A stretch of DNA of 63,784 nt, counting the filler, from Collodictyon triciliatum (taxonomy: Eukaryota), in NCBI GenBank assembly GCA_043381765.1. It is 6 parts of 6 records of this genome, joined end to end, with 100 filler letters (N's around TTAATTAATTAA, not from the genome) between each part and the next. Parts side by side here need not be neighbours in the genome. Positions count along the whole stretch, not along the records: positions 35,815 to 47,657 come from JBHJMP010002301.1; positions 47,758 to 59,585 come from JBHJMP010002302.1; 4 more parts are not named here. The stretch is one strand, 5' to 3'. Position numbers and translations under genes: made by a program. The notes under the pieces were generated by a model that saw only the letters and a list, made by a program, of their open reading frames with translations, searched no databases and had not been told where the DNA came from. Shown in pieces: positions 37,790 to 52,154 of this stretch. Position 1 is the stretch's first letter; each line of letters begins with the position of its first letter.

Positions 37790-40700
37790 TTAAATCAAAA
37801 ATCGGTTATCTACAAATGTCTTGTTGCTTAAGTTTGATTGGCTAAGATCTCCACGCTTGTAAGAAATGTACTTATGGACAAGAAAGACAATAAACACGGA
37901 TAAGAGCGGGTCATCCTGTGATGTGGTGAGATTTAGCCTTTTCATGTGCATATTCAAATATGACAGCGTTAGCTACTGTTTTCAAGCATTATATAATAGA
38001 ACAAATTTGCCTCACTTACTTCAAAATGGTCCACCATGGCATAAAGAAAAAAGTCGAACAAAAATACTTCGTATTCAACCCCTCCCCAGAAATTGCGCTT
38101 CCAGTTATTCAGAGGGTCTAGAGACAGAGGAAATAAATACGGGCTTCTTTCATCATACCGAGCTTGTTGTTTGAAATTATCAAATATATGCAAATCCTTT
38201 CTATGTGACAAAATCAATCGAGCAGGTCGTTCGTTGTGTATTATAATACAAAAATAAAATAGAATAAAATAGAGCCAATAGACGGTGATTTTTTTTCCAG
38301 TGATTTCACGCAAATACCCGTATAAAAGATGTTTTTGTTGAGCTTTTCGGTATCCGGTGCAAATGGGAAGTATGTTTCGAAGAAGGTTTTGTCAGTCACA
38401 GAGTATTCGAGGTCTGCGCCCTCATTCAGGCTCTGCGTTGAAGGCCCGAAAAAAAATAAGAAATGAAGAGCAGACAAAGGAAAGGTATGGGTCGAATCAA
38501 AAACAGTTTTCGAAGGCTTGTCTTTCGTTCTCGCGAAGGCACAGACATATGTTACGAAAATGAACTGAAATACATTTTCGATGAACTTGACCAAAAAGCG
38601 ATTCATAGCGTTATGGGCTTGCATGGTCTTTTCTTCTATAGTCCCTCTTCTGTCTTTGTCTAACCCATCGTGAGTATTTAGAGTGAATCATATTGGAAAT
38701 ATGAGAAGAAATATAGAAAAAAATTTTAAAGATAAATAGACTTGGGGTAATAAAATTGTAAAAGAAAAGGGATGAGGATACTACAGCAATTAGATACCTT
38801 TCCCTCTCGGACCAGCGTTCTGGTTCTTGGTCTAAAGCACAAATGTTTTTTGTTTTGTTTTTTTAAGGAATCGGTGAACAGCTCGATATCAAACGACTGA
38901 GTTTAAGAGGTGGACTTACATCGTTGGCTAGGAAATGGAAGGCGGCATCATATTTCTCCCTTAGTTTCGGAGTGATGAAAATCTCGAAAGATTGAAGTTC
39001 TGTGTTCGCCACTAAACCACGTTTCGAACAAAGATTCTCCTAGAAGGCAGATATGCCGAGGGATTATAAAGTCAGTAGACTGGTGTGACAGGAATATTAT
39101 TTTTCTTCTCATATCGCCCTGGGTTGGGGTATTTAAAAGCAATAAAGTGACGATGTAAAATAGTATGTTATAGAGTATTCTTTTGGCCACCGCCTCTCTT
39201 TTGAACATGTCCGATATTTCCATCATGTTTGTATCAGCGAAACTGTGGACAGATTTTCCATGCAAGTAGAATCCATGATATTTTTGGTCCAAAACTATGC
39301 GACAGTAATCAATATACCAGTAAATATCAGCCCAGATAAAATACAGCACCAAAGCCTTAGCAGCATCGATAAAAATGACTGAATCTATCCTTTTGGAAGA
39401 AAAATAACTTACTGATGATGCTGATGTTACAAACAGATATAAAGTCAAGAAAGTTTTCATATGGGTCACCAAACAGAATTTTCTTGGATACAGCTGTAGT
39501 GAGATACTATAAGGAATTTGAGGTTGTCAGAGTTAGTAGCAAAATCTAATTCATCTTGGTATATGTGCACCTTAATAAAGTATTTCAATGCTGACGATTT
39601 TTCAATAACCAGCAAACAAGCGGGAAAAAAAACTTTGATAAGGCCACTAAGTGCATCTTCGTGTTGAAATTCAGAGCAAACATAAACAAATGCAAGTAGA
39701 AGACCTGTATGATAAGTACTATTGACCAGAATATGACAGCTACAGCGTAACGAAGAATCGGATGTGTAGGGCCTTCACTTAAGTCATCGCCCCCAGGGCG
39801 AGCAGCAGCCAAATAACTGCAAATATATTGATTTTAATTAATGATAAATTAGGTCGTTCATAAATTATGATTTTATAGATGCAAATGAAAATCGTACTTA
39901 AGGCCCAATATCTGAAGGAAGAACAACACACCAAAAAGAGTCGTTTCTGATTTGTACATCGGCTCGTTCTGATAAGTAATAATTAAGTAAAAAGGATGAC
40001 CATAAATAAGTCATATCAACTACACGTGATCAAAATCGTAGTATTCTTTCAATATAGTACTGAACTACCATCAGTTCGTTTAATTCGTTAGCCACAAAAA
40101 GTGTCCTCCACACAGGCACCGGGGCTATGGAGCCTTGTTCGCTCATCTTTCCAAATAACTTGCTTCGAGGCTTTTCCCAGTCGATGATGAAGAAATTATT
40201 TGTTACTTGTGTTCTTATCGTGGCTACCAAGCTTATAGTCTATGGATAGAAATAAAGTTGCGATTAAGTAAAGAATCCGTTCCGTTCCGTTTTTTTTTTT
40301 AACTCTGCCAAAATAAAGTCTCAAACATAACATGTTCCTTAAATAAATAGGATGGTAATGTAATTTTAAAAATCGTATGAAAAATGTCAAATTTTGAATA
40401 AAAAAAGCAAATAAATAGGCATATTTTCATCAATTCATTAAATAATATTATAGGCTACTTGGCACAAAAAAGCCACGATCAGCATTATTTCGAATCTCCT
40501 GTCGCCTCCTGGTCCGGGCAAAAGCAGATTTACCTCCTCCTGAAATATTTATTAGATGTTAACAAGTTACATACACCATATAACAAGAAATATATCAATA
40601 TGTAATTCGTAAAGACTCGCCTGTCCCTTGAAATAACAAAAATAATATAATGTTGATATGCCCAGAATGAAAAAGAACATCTGGGCTGCATACTGACACA

Positions 40701-43700
40701 AGCACACGAAAGAGAACACCAGGAACTAATCGTGAAAATTTTAAAATCAAAATCAAATAATATATGTGTTTTCATTTTCATAAAAGTATACTACCAAAAC
40801 ATGGAATAGAGCTTTTCTGGATTGTAATAATCATGACATTGTATCTTACAGTAATAAGTCAAATACCTCTCCATCGACATTAAAGTTTCGTCTCTTTCTC
40901 ATAAAGATAGAGCATGTGTATATCCAAACTAGGCCATATATAGCTGACAATAATCCATACACAATTTCGGCCCAATCCCAAAATTTCCCCATAGACATTT
41001 CATATTTTGTTTCAAACCAAGTCTAATGCGGTCAATATTTAGATCATTCAAGCGATATTTTGTTTTCAAACAAAGAGTAGGTGTGAGATTGCCTAATAAC
41101 GCGACATTTTACTGCCATTTTCAAAGGAATTCTTCAAAGATAACGAATCTATGAATTTTTTTTTAGACACAAAAAACGATGGGCATTCGAGAAAGGGCAT
41201 ACCTTTGGTCGTGCAAGAGTGACTTGTTCAACATCTCTTGAATAAGAGCTTGATATATCAGTCACCAATCTTTCTCCATACTCCACAGTCATGAGCGGGA
41301 TATATATTCGCCCAGGAGAATCCGATTGCAGCTGAAAACTTATGTATTGGGATATATAACCATTACTATAGACCTTTAACAAATTGGCTATTGTACTTAT
41401 TTACTTAAATACGTCAATATGAGAAAATATGCGAGTGGCTGTAATAAAGAGATAAAAATATAAGTAAACTGGAAAAATGCAATCATAAATAGCAGGCATA
41501 TAAGCATGTAAAGTCTAACAGTAAATCGAAAAATAAATACACAATTTTTGTCGATTGCAAGAACCGAACAACTTGCAGTCCTGAAGAAGAAATTCCGGAT
41601 ATATTGTCAACAAGGAAAAACCGGCGGGTGAGGAATGTTTCACTCTTAACGCCTCCGTTATTTACTTTGACTCCGCTAGGATTTCGATAATTTACCACCC
41701 TTACTGTGTAAATAGTAAAATGAGTAATATCTATGAGTGCTTTAGTCGAAAATGGACTAAATTGACGATGCTGATACTGATATTGAAGATAAAACAGCAT
41801 TAAGCAAACACAAGAAACCTGGAACAGGTCGAAGACTCTCAAGGTCGTCATCAAGTAAGTCTCATCGAGTAAAGGAATTCATAGAGCTTGTTTACAAATC
41901 TTGTTTTTACAGTATTTTCGTATCATTTTTTGAAGATGAGAAATTTCATTTGTGAAAATTATTTTAAGACGAAGAACAGCAGCTTCGTGGATACAGAGGT
42001 CATAAAAATACATATTGTTTGTACTCTGGACATATGGTGTTAGGTCAACCAAACACTCTACAGAAAATTGGTATCCAAACACCAAAAAGTCATTAATTTG
42101 CTTCTCAGACATCGGGCAAAACTATACAAACAAATGAAAAATCATATGCGTTAAAAACAATTCGGCTGGGAATTGTTGGTAAATTATTTGAATATCAGAA
42201 GAATGAGTAATATGTACTTGTATCGGGGTGACTAAGTCTTCCCATCCCTGAAAATCTCCACTTATATTATATTTCGCAAATACAAACTGTACTTGAGAGG
42301 TCTTTTGTGAAGGGCTTGAAGCCTATAATCGTATTAGTATTGTTAGTTATTAAAAAGATAGATATATAATTTGATTTGCAAAGTTAAAATGATAAAGGTA
42401 ACCATCAAATATATATGCACCCTTGATTGGTGCTCAATATCAGTCAAACAATTTAGCCTCTTGGAGGTTTTTTTTGGGAAAGAATAGCCTTATAATTGTG
42501 AGTGTTTCATCAATAGAAGGAACAAACATATCCAACTTCCTTGAAAGTGTATTTTTGCCGAAAAATCGATTCGTCATTAAGCACTACTTTGGCATCAGTG
42601 TTGTAATAGAGCCAAGGTAATCTTTCAGGCCTTTGTCATTACAAATAATATTCAATCATGGTGCAATAATTAAGTCGGGAATAAAAACAAAAAAAAAAAA
42701 ACATGTATGCTACGTAACATTTAGGTATCACCATTGTGGATAAGCCGTGTTTGTGCTGGCGCTTGACGAAGCAATCTCAGCATATGCAAGACATGCACTG
42801 GATGACTGTTTAAAAAGCTGAAGAACACACAAGTTTCCGAGCACCTGGCAGGACTTCACATCTTTAGCAGACTATTGGTCATTGCCCGTGCGTTAGTATA
42901 TTTATTCAGTCTTGTAAAAAATTGATCAATTGAGCATGAAAAAAAATGAGTACATCGTTCTCAGACAAAACAAGAAATACAAAAGCTACTGACTGAACCT
43001 GGCATAGAATATACGATGATATGAAGAACGACTTGAATGTTTCTGATTCCACTGATAAGGTCTCGCGATTGTTATCCGCCGACAAGATATCACTGAATAC
43101 AACCTATCAGAAAGGATAAATGTTTACATGAGTTTTGATATAGGTATATGAATTCAAAAAGAGAGATATATAGAACTGTGTAATTATATATAAGCACCAT
43201 ACGCTCGGTAGGAATATACAATTAGAGTAGATATTTATGAAGGAAGCAAAAAAAAAAAAAAAAAACCTGTGAGCTTGTAGAGGTTGGGTACTTTGACCGG
43301 ACAGTTTGCAATATATTTTGTTCTATACACATCGTACCTATTGCCCTCTACATCAAGTGGGACGATATTCGTAAGCAAATGAAAAGTGTGATAAAGTAGG
43401 GCGATAATTTAATTTGATATATTCGAAAAAATTGAGAAAATTGAGAAAATTGAGAAAATTGAGAAAATTGAGAAAATTGAGAAAATTGAGAAAATTGAGA
43501 AAATTGAGAAAAACGTGATCATATTATTATTTTTTACTAATGACCTTCTTTTGGTATTGGGCTCATGATATCGAAATTGGTTTTGAACCTCAAAGAACTT
43601 ACATTTTCAGGGATGGAAACATATCCTGCCGGGCAGTCACAGGTAGTCTGCGATGTTCTGGTCATCAGCGGGTCTGGACAGGTCAAACATGTATGCATAT

Positions 43701-45298
43701 CTGAAGCAGAAGCTAATGAGTTTTCTGGGCAAGATTGACATATCCTCTGTGCCAAGAGAGATCCTGCGCTGCTTCTTTCAACTATTACAGATGATTGGAT
43801 ATAAAATTACACACGAGGATAAATGAAATGCCTCATCCAAAAAAAATATAGTTTCAAGAGAAATTAATATCAGGATAAAAAAAAAAAGACGGAAGGAATT
43901 ATGTGAATATCAAATGAATATAAACTATGCTTCCTAATAAGGCGATGAATCTATTTTATAAGAACTGCACCGAGAACTCGATTGCCGGAGCACCTTGGAC
44001 ATTCTTTGGCGGAGTTTGGAGCGGTTCCATTTTGGCAAGGGATACACCCAAATCCATCAAAACGAGTAACCTTTTCAAGAGGAAATGACAAATAAATAAA
44101 ACACAATCTTTGTCTTCATTCGTTTCAAATGAAACAAAAGCATAGTCTAATTTGTTAGTAGAGTTTAGATTTTACTTCATTTAGGGAAAAAAAATTGGTC
44201 ATATATGCAGGATGTATTTGTGAGTAGCCGAAAACTTTGAAATATTATGGCGGTCCTGTTTCTTTTTTTAAAAAAAAAAATTGATAGGAAAGTAATGTTT
44301 AGAATTATATAATAGACACCGTATTGACTGGACAAGCCACACAAGTCTTTGAGGTGGTCTGGTAAAATCCTGACAAGCAGACACAGCTCAGTCCTATAAA
44401 AATCAAAATAGATTGACAGACTACCCCACTGAGATGTTCAATCTGTCATTCGTCCATAAGCATATATACACATATCACACAAATAGGAGAAAAGTAGGAA
44501 ATTCATTAAAAATGCATACCATCAGCAGATGGGCTTGTGTTTGTTGGGCACGTCTAAACGATATCATTTGGAAAAAGAAAGATAATTTTACTTTAAGTAT
44601 TCATGTGATTATGTGTACAGTGGACATTTAGAATAATTTGTTTGCTTGCTTGCTTGTTTGTTTGTTTGTTTGTTTGTTTGTTTGTTTGTTTGTTTGTTTG
44701 TTTGTTTGTTTGTTTGTTTGTTTGTTTGTTTGTTTGTTTGTTTGTTTGTTTGTTTGTTTGTTTGTTTGTTTGTTTGTTTGTTTGTTTGTTTGTTTGTTTG
44801 TTTGTTTGTTTGTTTGTTTGTTTGTTTGTTTGTTTGTTTGTTTGTTTGTTTGTTTGTTTGTTTGTTTGTTTGTTTGCATAAAAATAAAAGAATTTGAAGA
44901 TATAGAGAAAAGTGACACATTTCGGAGAACAAGAGAATAATCGAGCAAGAGTTTTAAAATAGAGTTTTAAAATAGTTAAAAAAGTTAACGTGTAATAGAT
45001 ACAAAACATATGACTTAACATGCACAACAGAGACAAAAATGGGGATCATATTTCGTGCTCATCTCAAAAAGAAAGGGGAAGCATAGCATTTCCAAAATAA
45101 TTGCAATTGTAATACAGCTTCGATAATTCAGTAAACCTTGCATGTTAAGTCAGAAATATCCAGGTAGAAGCCAGTCCCAAGATATGAGCAGCTTGAAATG
45201 CGCGTTAATCCAAAAGTATGTCCAAAATAGCTGCATAACACAACTGCGCCCAATACACACGCCACAGCAGCAGCGACCGGGGAAGTTGTGTGACGCAT
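37790..45298 (-). CDS. TMEM67: Meckelin (ciliary transition-zone protein MKS3), many exons
   Basis: Signal peptide and YLDISDLTC; Cys-rich ectodomain; FFIIDWEKPR; VPVWRTLFVANELNEL; HGFYLHGKSVHSFADTNM; C-terminus NLSNKTFVDNRFLI*. Confidence 0.95.
44638..44876. repeat. (TTTG)n microsatellite in a meckelin intron
   Basis: Direct reading of the sequence. Confidence 0.97.
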
Positions 45299-45331
45299 GT
45301 GCAGCCCCTTCTGTATTGCTCTTCTTCCTAA

Positions 45332-45653
<322 letters not shown>

Positions 45654-46541
45654 ACGAAAAAGAACAGTAGAATGGACTATAGCGAATCTTGATAAATATT
45701 TTTCTCGGCCAGGCGCAAGAATGAATTAAAAAAAGAAAAAGAAAACCAAGGGTAATCAAGAAAGTGTTACACGGCAAAAGTCATGCTGCAAAATATAAAA
45801 CAAAATAAAACACTGGAAGAAAAAAAGAATAAGAAAACAGGAGTAAAATAAACAAAGGCTGTCCAGCTTTCAGACAACAGTCTCATCAAAGAGTGCAAGA
45901 GAAAGATAAAAAAAAAAAAAAAAGCAGGAGTAAAACTGCGGCCATTCTCTCCCAATGCAAGCAGAGAATATTCACTCCAGTCCGCGATTATTGCTGACGC
46001 ACCAAACGAAGGCACCTCCGAAGAGCGCAGCGGGTCTTTCTGGCTGGGTAATTGCACTGGCCAGACTTTGTGAGATCGGCGCAGATTTAAATTTTTGAAT
46101 ATTGAACACTTCCACATGAGGTATGATTGCGCTGTGGATTTACGCTTGGAACACATCACCCACTCTTTGTGGAACTTTGCGCTTGTGCTGCGCTGGGTTC
46201 GCCCACCCCACAGGCAACAGCGCGAAAGGACAGAGTCTGGGAGACGTGGCGATATTGTCTGCGATGATGGCGACAGTCCTAGTTCTAGTATGGGAATGGA
46301 GGGATTTTGCTGGACAGGGAAAGGTCAGATAAGCTTCTCTTTTTCTTTTTTCCAGTCAGTTGACTAATGGTTCACAAATCAGAACTAAGCGTCAAGAACA
46401 AGACATGCCGAAGCATCGTCGTCAGAATCCAGAGTGTGTGACACGGTGACAGGGCGTGAGGAAAGAGAAGCACAAACAAGGCTGTGGCTATTGTGGAGAG
46501 TGACGAAAGAATGTTTCTGAGAATCCGCAAGCTGAGCTTAT

Positions 46542-47420
46542 TTATTCCGTCTTTTGCTTGGCATCCTTGTTTCCGTAGCTCTTGATGTAGAAGTTTCCGA
46601 AGAGGATGAGAAGAGAAACCATGTAGCCGACGAGGATGTAGAAGAGATACGCGGGGTACTTGCATTGGTTGGTGATGTCGTAGGTGCCCTGTGTTGGATG
46701 GAGCGTTGAATATTACAAGAAAAAAGCACATGATAATAAGTAGGTGAGCAAAAAGTAATCGAATGGCAACTTCTTGATAAAGTAATTATCGGTATATGCG
46801 GTGAGGTACCTGGAAGAAGTTCAGGGTAAACTGGAACATTTGGAAGAGAGTGATGTAGCTTTTGAATCTGAAGATATTGCCAGTGGAGGCAACCAAGTAG
46901 TACGAATACATCACAACATGGACAAAGGAATTGAGGAACGCGCTGAAGTAAGCTGGTGTGAGCGCCCAAGCCGCGAAAGAATACATATGAGAAATGCATT
47001 AGGCCAAGACTGCTTCATGAATACAAACAAGAAAGAACATAGGGACGTTGAACTGGCCCATAAGAAAAGCAAAAGGCGTAATAAATCTCATAAATATGTC
47101 TAGTGATATATTTATAAGCTTCACCATCGCCTCCGGGACCGTAGAAGATGACTGCCCACCAGATAAGGAGGATGGTGCTGTGATGGTAGACATGCAGGAA
47201 GCTGATTTGGCGGTTATTCTTCTTGAGGACCATCAGAAACTATAAACGAGGGAGAGAAGTTGAAGAATCCTGATTTTGCAAAAGTTTAAGAGGCATAACG
47301 GTTCCATATGATAGTTCAATGAAAAGCATCATTCGAATTATGGAATTGTGTTTAAAGGCATACAGTATCTCCGAATTCTGGGATCTTTGAGAAGTAAAAG
47401 AGCCAGAGAACGCGAGCCAT
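46542..47420 (-). CDS. ELO/GNS1/SUR4 fatty acid elongase (PUFA-elongase-like), 5' part missing
   Basis: FYFSKIPEFGDT; QISFLHVYHH; NSFVHVVMYSYY; ITLFQMFQF; LFGNFY; C-terminal KQKTE. Confidence 0.93.
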
Positions 47421-47657
47421 CTGCATCACAAGAAGAGAGAACAAACACGCAGTTGCAATTAGATTTGAGAGCCACTCAACATACAGTACAAACTTAAAGG
47501 TATGTGCGAACACAGCCTGTCAAATCCAGAAGTGGGACAAGGACAAGGACAAGGACAAAGACAAAGACAAAGACAAAGACAAAGACAAAGACAAAGACAA
47601 AGACAAAGACAAAGACAAAGACAAAGACAAAGACAAAGACAAAGACAAAGACAAAGA

Positions 47658-47757
47658 NNNNNNNNNNNNNNNNNNNNNNNNNNNNNNNNNNNNNNNNNNN
47701 NTTAATTAATTAANNNNNNNNNNNNNNNNNNNNNNNNNNNNNNNNNNNNNNNNNNNN
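47658..47757. other. Assembly linker flanked by (GACAAA)n and (TTTTCTGTC)n
   Basis: 44N + TTAATTAATTAA + 44N. Confidence 0.97.
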
Positions 47758-47917
47758 TTTTCTGTCTTTTCTGTCTTTTCTGTCTTTTCTGTCTTTTCTG
47801 TCTTTTCTGTCTTTTCTGTCTTTTCTGTCTTTTCTGTCTTTTCTGTCTTTTCTGTCTTTTCTGTCTAGTTTCCATGTCCGTTTCAGACCCGACGAAAAGT
47901 ATGATTGTGGTACGTAC

Positions 47918-50031
47918 ATTTGAAGAGCGTGGGGCCAGTACGGGACGCTGTACGAGTCGTGGCCGATTGAGGCAACGGCATCTCTGGCAAAACGCTCCGG
48001 TGTTGGGGTGAAGAGCGATGCCTTGCGAATCTTTGACATGTTGCTGACTACGTAAAGAGGGACAACCAGCTGGATGTGGATTCCGTTTTGCCTGTACCTG
48101 CAGAGAATAGCGATAAGCGTGGAGGGCGGTTGATATTCTTTTGGTGCAAAAGATTGGAAACACAGCTCTTTGCGATGAATAGCCTGTATGGCTCATGGGA
48201 AAGTATAGTGCGTGGATGATAAACACATAGAAAATATGAAGTCGGAAAGTAAAGAATATGTGTATGAAAGGGACGTCAGCAGACGTAAGAAAAGATTTTG
48301 GGTGTGATACATACTCCTCCTCAAGTGATTTCGTGAAGTAGGAAACAAATGCTTTGGTGGCAGAGTAGACGGACAGGTAAGGTGTGGGGAATTCACCAGC
48401 AACAGAGGTGACATTAACAATGACACCAGCACCGCTAAAAATAAAATAAAATAATAATAATAATAGTGAACCGAATAAAAAAGCGAATATGTCGCAATGT
48501 GCTTCATTCAAGTACATGAACGAGAATAATAATATATCAAGTTGAAAAAAGATTGGTTCATAAATGGATTACCATTCATTAAAAGTTTCTCATGCCAGTT
48601 TGCAAATTAATTTCATGGTGAATCCTCAAAAANNNNNNNNNNNNNNNNNNNNNNNNNNNNNNNNNNNNNNNNNNNNNNNNNNNNNNNNNNNNNNNNNNNN
48701 NNNNNNNNNNNNNNNNNNNNNNNNNNNNNNNNNNNNNNNNNNNNNNNNNNNNNNNNNNNNNNNNNNNNNNNNNNNNNNNNNNNNNNNNNNNNNNNNNNNN
48801 NNNNNNNNNNNNNNNNNNNNNNNNNNNNNNNNNNNNNNNNNNNNNNNNNNNNNNNNNNNNNNNNNNNNNNNNNNNNNNNNNNNNNNNNNNNNNNNNNNNN
48901 NNNNNNNNNNNNNNNNNNNNNNNNNNNNNNNNNNNNNNNNNNNNNNNNNNNNNNNNNNNNNNNNNNNNNNNNNNNNNNNNNNNNNNNNNNNNNNNNNNNN
49001 NNNNNNNNNNNNNNNNNNNNNNNNNNNNNNNNNNNNNNNNNNNNNNNNNNNNNNNNNNNAACAAGCCCACACCAAGATGTTATGAGGACATATACGTAAA
49101 GGCAATTCAGCAAGCAACAAGCTTGTACAATAAAGCCATTCACATACAAATTAATGGCGAAATGCTCTCTAAATATGTTCTTGTATCTGGTTATTATCAT
49201 AAAATGAATACGGCTGATGTCAAGGATTTCTTACCGACAATTCCAACTTTAAGGCTTTCAGTGGCAGAGCGAATGTCAGAGACAACTTTTTCGATATCAC
49301 CAGAGAAATCGGCCTTGACAGTCTTGACTTCAACATTATATTTGGCCTCTAATATTAGGAAATATGAATGACTCTGTAAACACTGGCTTTTTCATGTGGG
49401 AAGTTTTATTACGAAGTTTCTCACAAAAAGATCGCTTCAGATAGTTGGAAAATGGAATAAATAATAAAACGCTCAACAACAACATTGGAGGAGGACTATC
49501 TACTCAACTGATTTCAGTGGCAACTTGCTCGAGTTTTTCATTGTTGCGACTGACGAGAATAATTTTGAGACCTTTCTTGGCTAGTTCAAAAGCGTATGCC
49601 TTGCCAATCCCATCAGTGCTTCCAGTGACCACTACAAAGTGTAGGATGAAGGAAGAGAATAAGAATAAAAACTACAAAACTAACACAAACACAAACACAA
49701 ACACAAACACAAACACAAACACAAACACAAACACAAACACAATTTTTTTTCTTCGGTTGATCGGGTTGTCACGGCTGGGAAAACATCGTGGGTGAGTATC
49801 GATCCGCTACTTACCAGCCCAGTCGCCATACTTGGAGAAGTTGATGGAGCCGCGGAGGAAGTAGCGGTACAGAAATCCAAGGACAAGCAGAGCCAGTTTG
49901 AGGGCAACATATGCTGTAAAGGCAACTCCGACAGTCGCCGCGGTGGCAGAGACGCACGGATGCAGTGTGTGAACGAAGTTGACCACGCAAGTGGGGAAGC
50001 CTTTGACGCCGTCCATTGTGCTATGAGCCAT
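47918..50031 (-). CDS. Very-long-chain 3-oxoacyl-CoA reductase (KCR/HSD17B12/IFA38-like SDR), last exon missing, internal gap
   Basis: [34 protein letters not shown] (YxxxK); [26 protein letters not shown]. Confidence 0.93.
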
Positions 50032-50045
50032 TTGATAAGTTTGCG

Positions 50046-50290
50046 TTGGGTTTTGTGTTGGGGTTTTCTTGTGTTGGTGCTTCCTTGTGTTGGGGTTTTC
50101 TTGTGTTGGGGTTTTCTTGTGTTGGGGTTTTCTTGTGTTGGGGTTTTCTTGTGTTGGGGTTTTCTTGTGTTGGGGTTTTCTTGTGTTGGGGTTTCTTGTG
50201 TTGGGGTTTTTTGTGTTGGGGTTTTTCGTGTTGGGGTTTTTCGTGTTGGGTTTTTTCGTGTTGGGGTTTTTGTGTTGGTGTTTTCTGTGT
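50046..50290. repeat. 16-bp tandem array (TTGTGTTGGGGTTTTC)n with degenerate copies, upstream of KCR
   Basis: Direct reading of the sequence. Confidence 0.9.
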
Positions 50291-50905
50291 TAGGGTTGTA
50301 TTGGGTTGTTCGCCCTTCTGTGGTTAATGGGGCAGAGATGATCGTGAAAAGTGTCCAAAAGCTGTGGATTTCATCATGTGATTTCAATGATTACCATTAT
50401 TGAATTCGAGTTTATCATACTTTATTTGACGCATTTCTTGGAGTTATTTGCCCTGCGTTTTGGCTTTGTTCAAAGGAATGGGGTGGTGGTTTGCGTTTTT
50501 TTTTTTTATTATATTGCTACTCACGTGAAGTGTACTAGTTTTCAATCGCATTCCAAATTCTCATAATCTGAATGTGCTGCACGGAATGTGAACTTTGCTA
50601 CGTTGAGTACCCTTCCCAACTCTCAACTATAACCCCAAACTGTACGAGGTGGGGAAAAATACAATCTCGCATCATCGACTTGACTGATGGATTGTCTTTT
50701 TTATGAACGAAACACTCTGAACTGTCCTGATTTTTTCGGTTTGGTCTCAGACTCGGTGTTTGTCTCAGTGAAAGGGGTTTGTTTTCCAAAGGAATGAATT
50801 CAAGCATTTTCATCCTTTTGTCGTCCAGAAGTAAACTTAGAAGAATTTGTATGTCAGAGAGAATCAGAATATGTGAATCGCAGGCTCAGCACGACAGAGA
50901 TTTCA

Positions 50906-52154
50906 TCAGTCGTACTTTATTGTTATTCCTTGATAACCTCGTGGCTCAGTGCGAGATCCAAACCTGTCCACCACATAGGAACTTCCATCGGATGGACCTA
51001 GGGCCTATAAATTACCGCGTGAGGCCTAGTGCTCAATAACAATAAGAAAAAAAATGGTCGGTCGTATTTGGATTTTTTTCAAAGAAAAAAAAAGCGCCTT
51101 ATTCATCCATAATTTTCATATATCTTCAATTATACTATACGGATATTGTGAAAACCTGAGTCGATATCAGAGCTATATCTATTATATTTCCTAGAACGAA
51201 AAATCCAGATGTGAAAAATTTAAGCAGTCCAATGGCTGGATATCCGAGATAAAAGCGATCGATTCCGAGGACTCCGGTAAAAATAGATAGGGCAAGTGCG
51301 GTGCGGTGTTTGTACCCATTTCTATTAAGTTAGTGAAAGAATGAAGAATGAGGAATATTTTAACTTTCACAAGAAGCAATATGATGGAAATGAATCATGG
51401 ATGTTGAAGAGGACCATACTGAAAACAAATCGTCTGTATAATTTTTGGTTATCGAGAATTTAAAAACATTATTAAATAAATAAAACTATAAAATATTGAA
51501 GAGAAATGAACAAAAATATTAATTCGATACAATTGGTATCAAAACTTGGGAAGGTATTTAAAGCTGATGTAATAAAAGAGGGAAAATAGAAATTGTAGCA
51601 TAAGGTTGTACGTGTATCTACAAGGATAGTCCGCCATGAAAGACCTCTCCCCAGTGCATTGCACTCCAGGAATGACGGTACAGTTTACTAGTGCAAGAAT
51701 CATATATTCACTCTGTATCTGAATTTCAAATATTCAAGTAATGTTGGCAACCAAACAGAAGGGAATAATGCATAATAATGTTGCCCATATTGAGACCTTC
51801 CACTGTCCTTGAGGAGTGGCATCCTTTGATTTCTTGTGTGTCGGAGTCATACGGAGGAATTTCACAGTAGAATCTATGCAGATCTCTTTCAGCATGAGCT
51901 TATCTATGGGACAAGTACGTAAAAAGAAGAACCCTCAATAACGAAAGGGATGAGGCTATTGGTTTGTCTGTTCTGATCTATGGCAGATGAAGACTTGAGG
52001 GAGTGACAAACTGTTCGTAAGCAACTTGGTCGCAAGGAGCTAAGTCATCAAAGACATCCACGCTGTTGAAATCTGCATCCTCTGCACAAAAGCAGCTGCT
52101 GATCAGAAGACAAGCAAGAGCAATGGCAGCCTGAAAGGCTAGTTGTCTGGCCAT
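50906..52154 (-). CDS. TM2D1: TM2 domain-containing protein (TM2D1/BBP-like), five exons
   Basis: Signal peptide; QFYCEIPPYDSDTQEIKGC; NGYKHRTALALSIFTGVLGIDRFYLGYPAIGLLKFFTSG; GPSDGSSYVVD. Confidence 0.85.

Noticed and set aside
41985-41997. U12-type intron in meckelin (donor GTATCC)
   Set aside because: The donor continues AC rather than TT and no U12 branch site is evident.
45940-46370. Structured ncRNA (snRNA, SRP, RNase P/MRP) here or at 52200-52800
   Set aside because: No diagnostic motifs were recognised by eye; an Infernal/Rfam search would be needed.
46542-50031. ELO elongase next to KCR reductase as a pathway cluster or fusion gene
   Set aside because: They are separated by an assembly linker between similarly sized scaffolds and both are truncated there. 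The adjacency is probably coincidental unless long reads span it.
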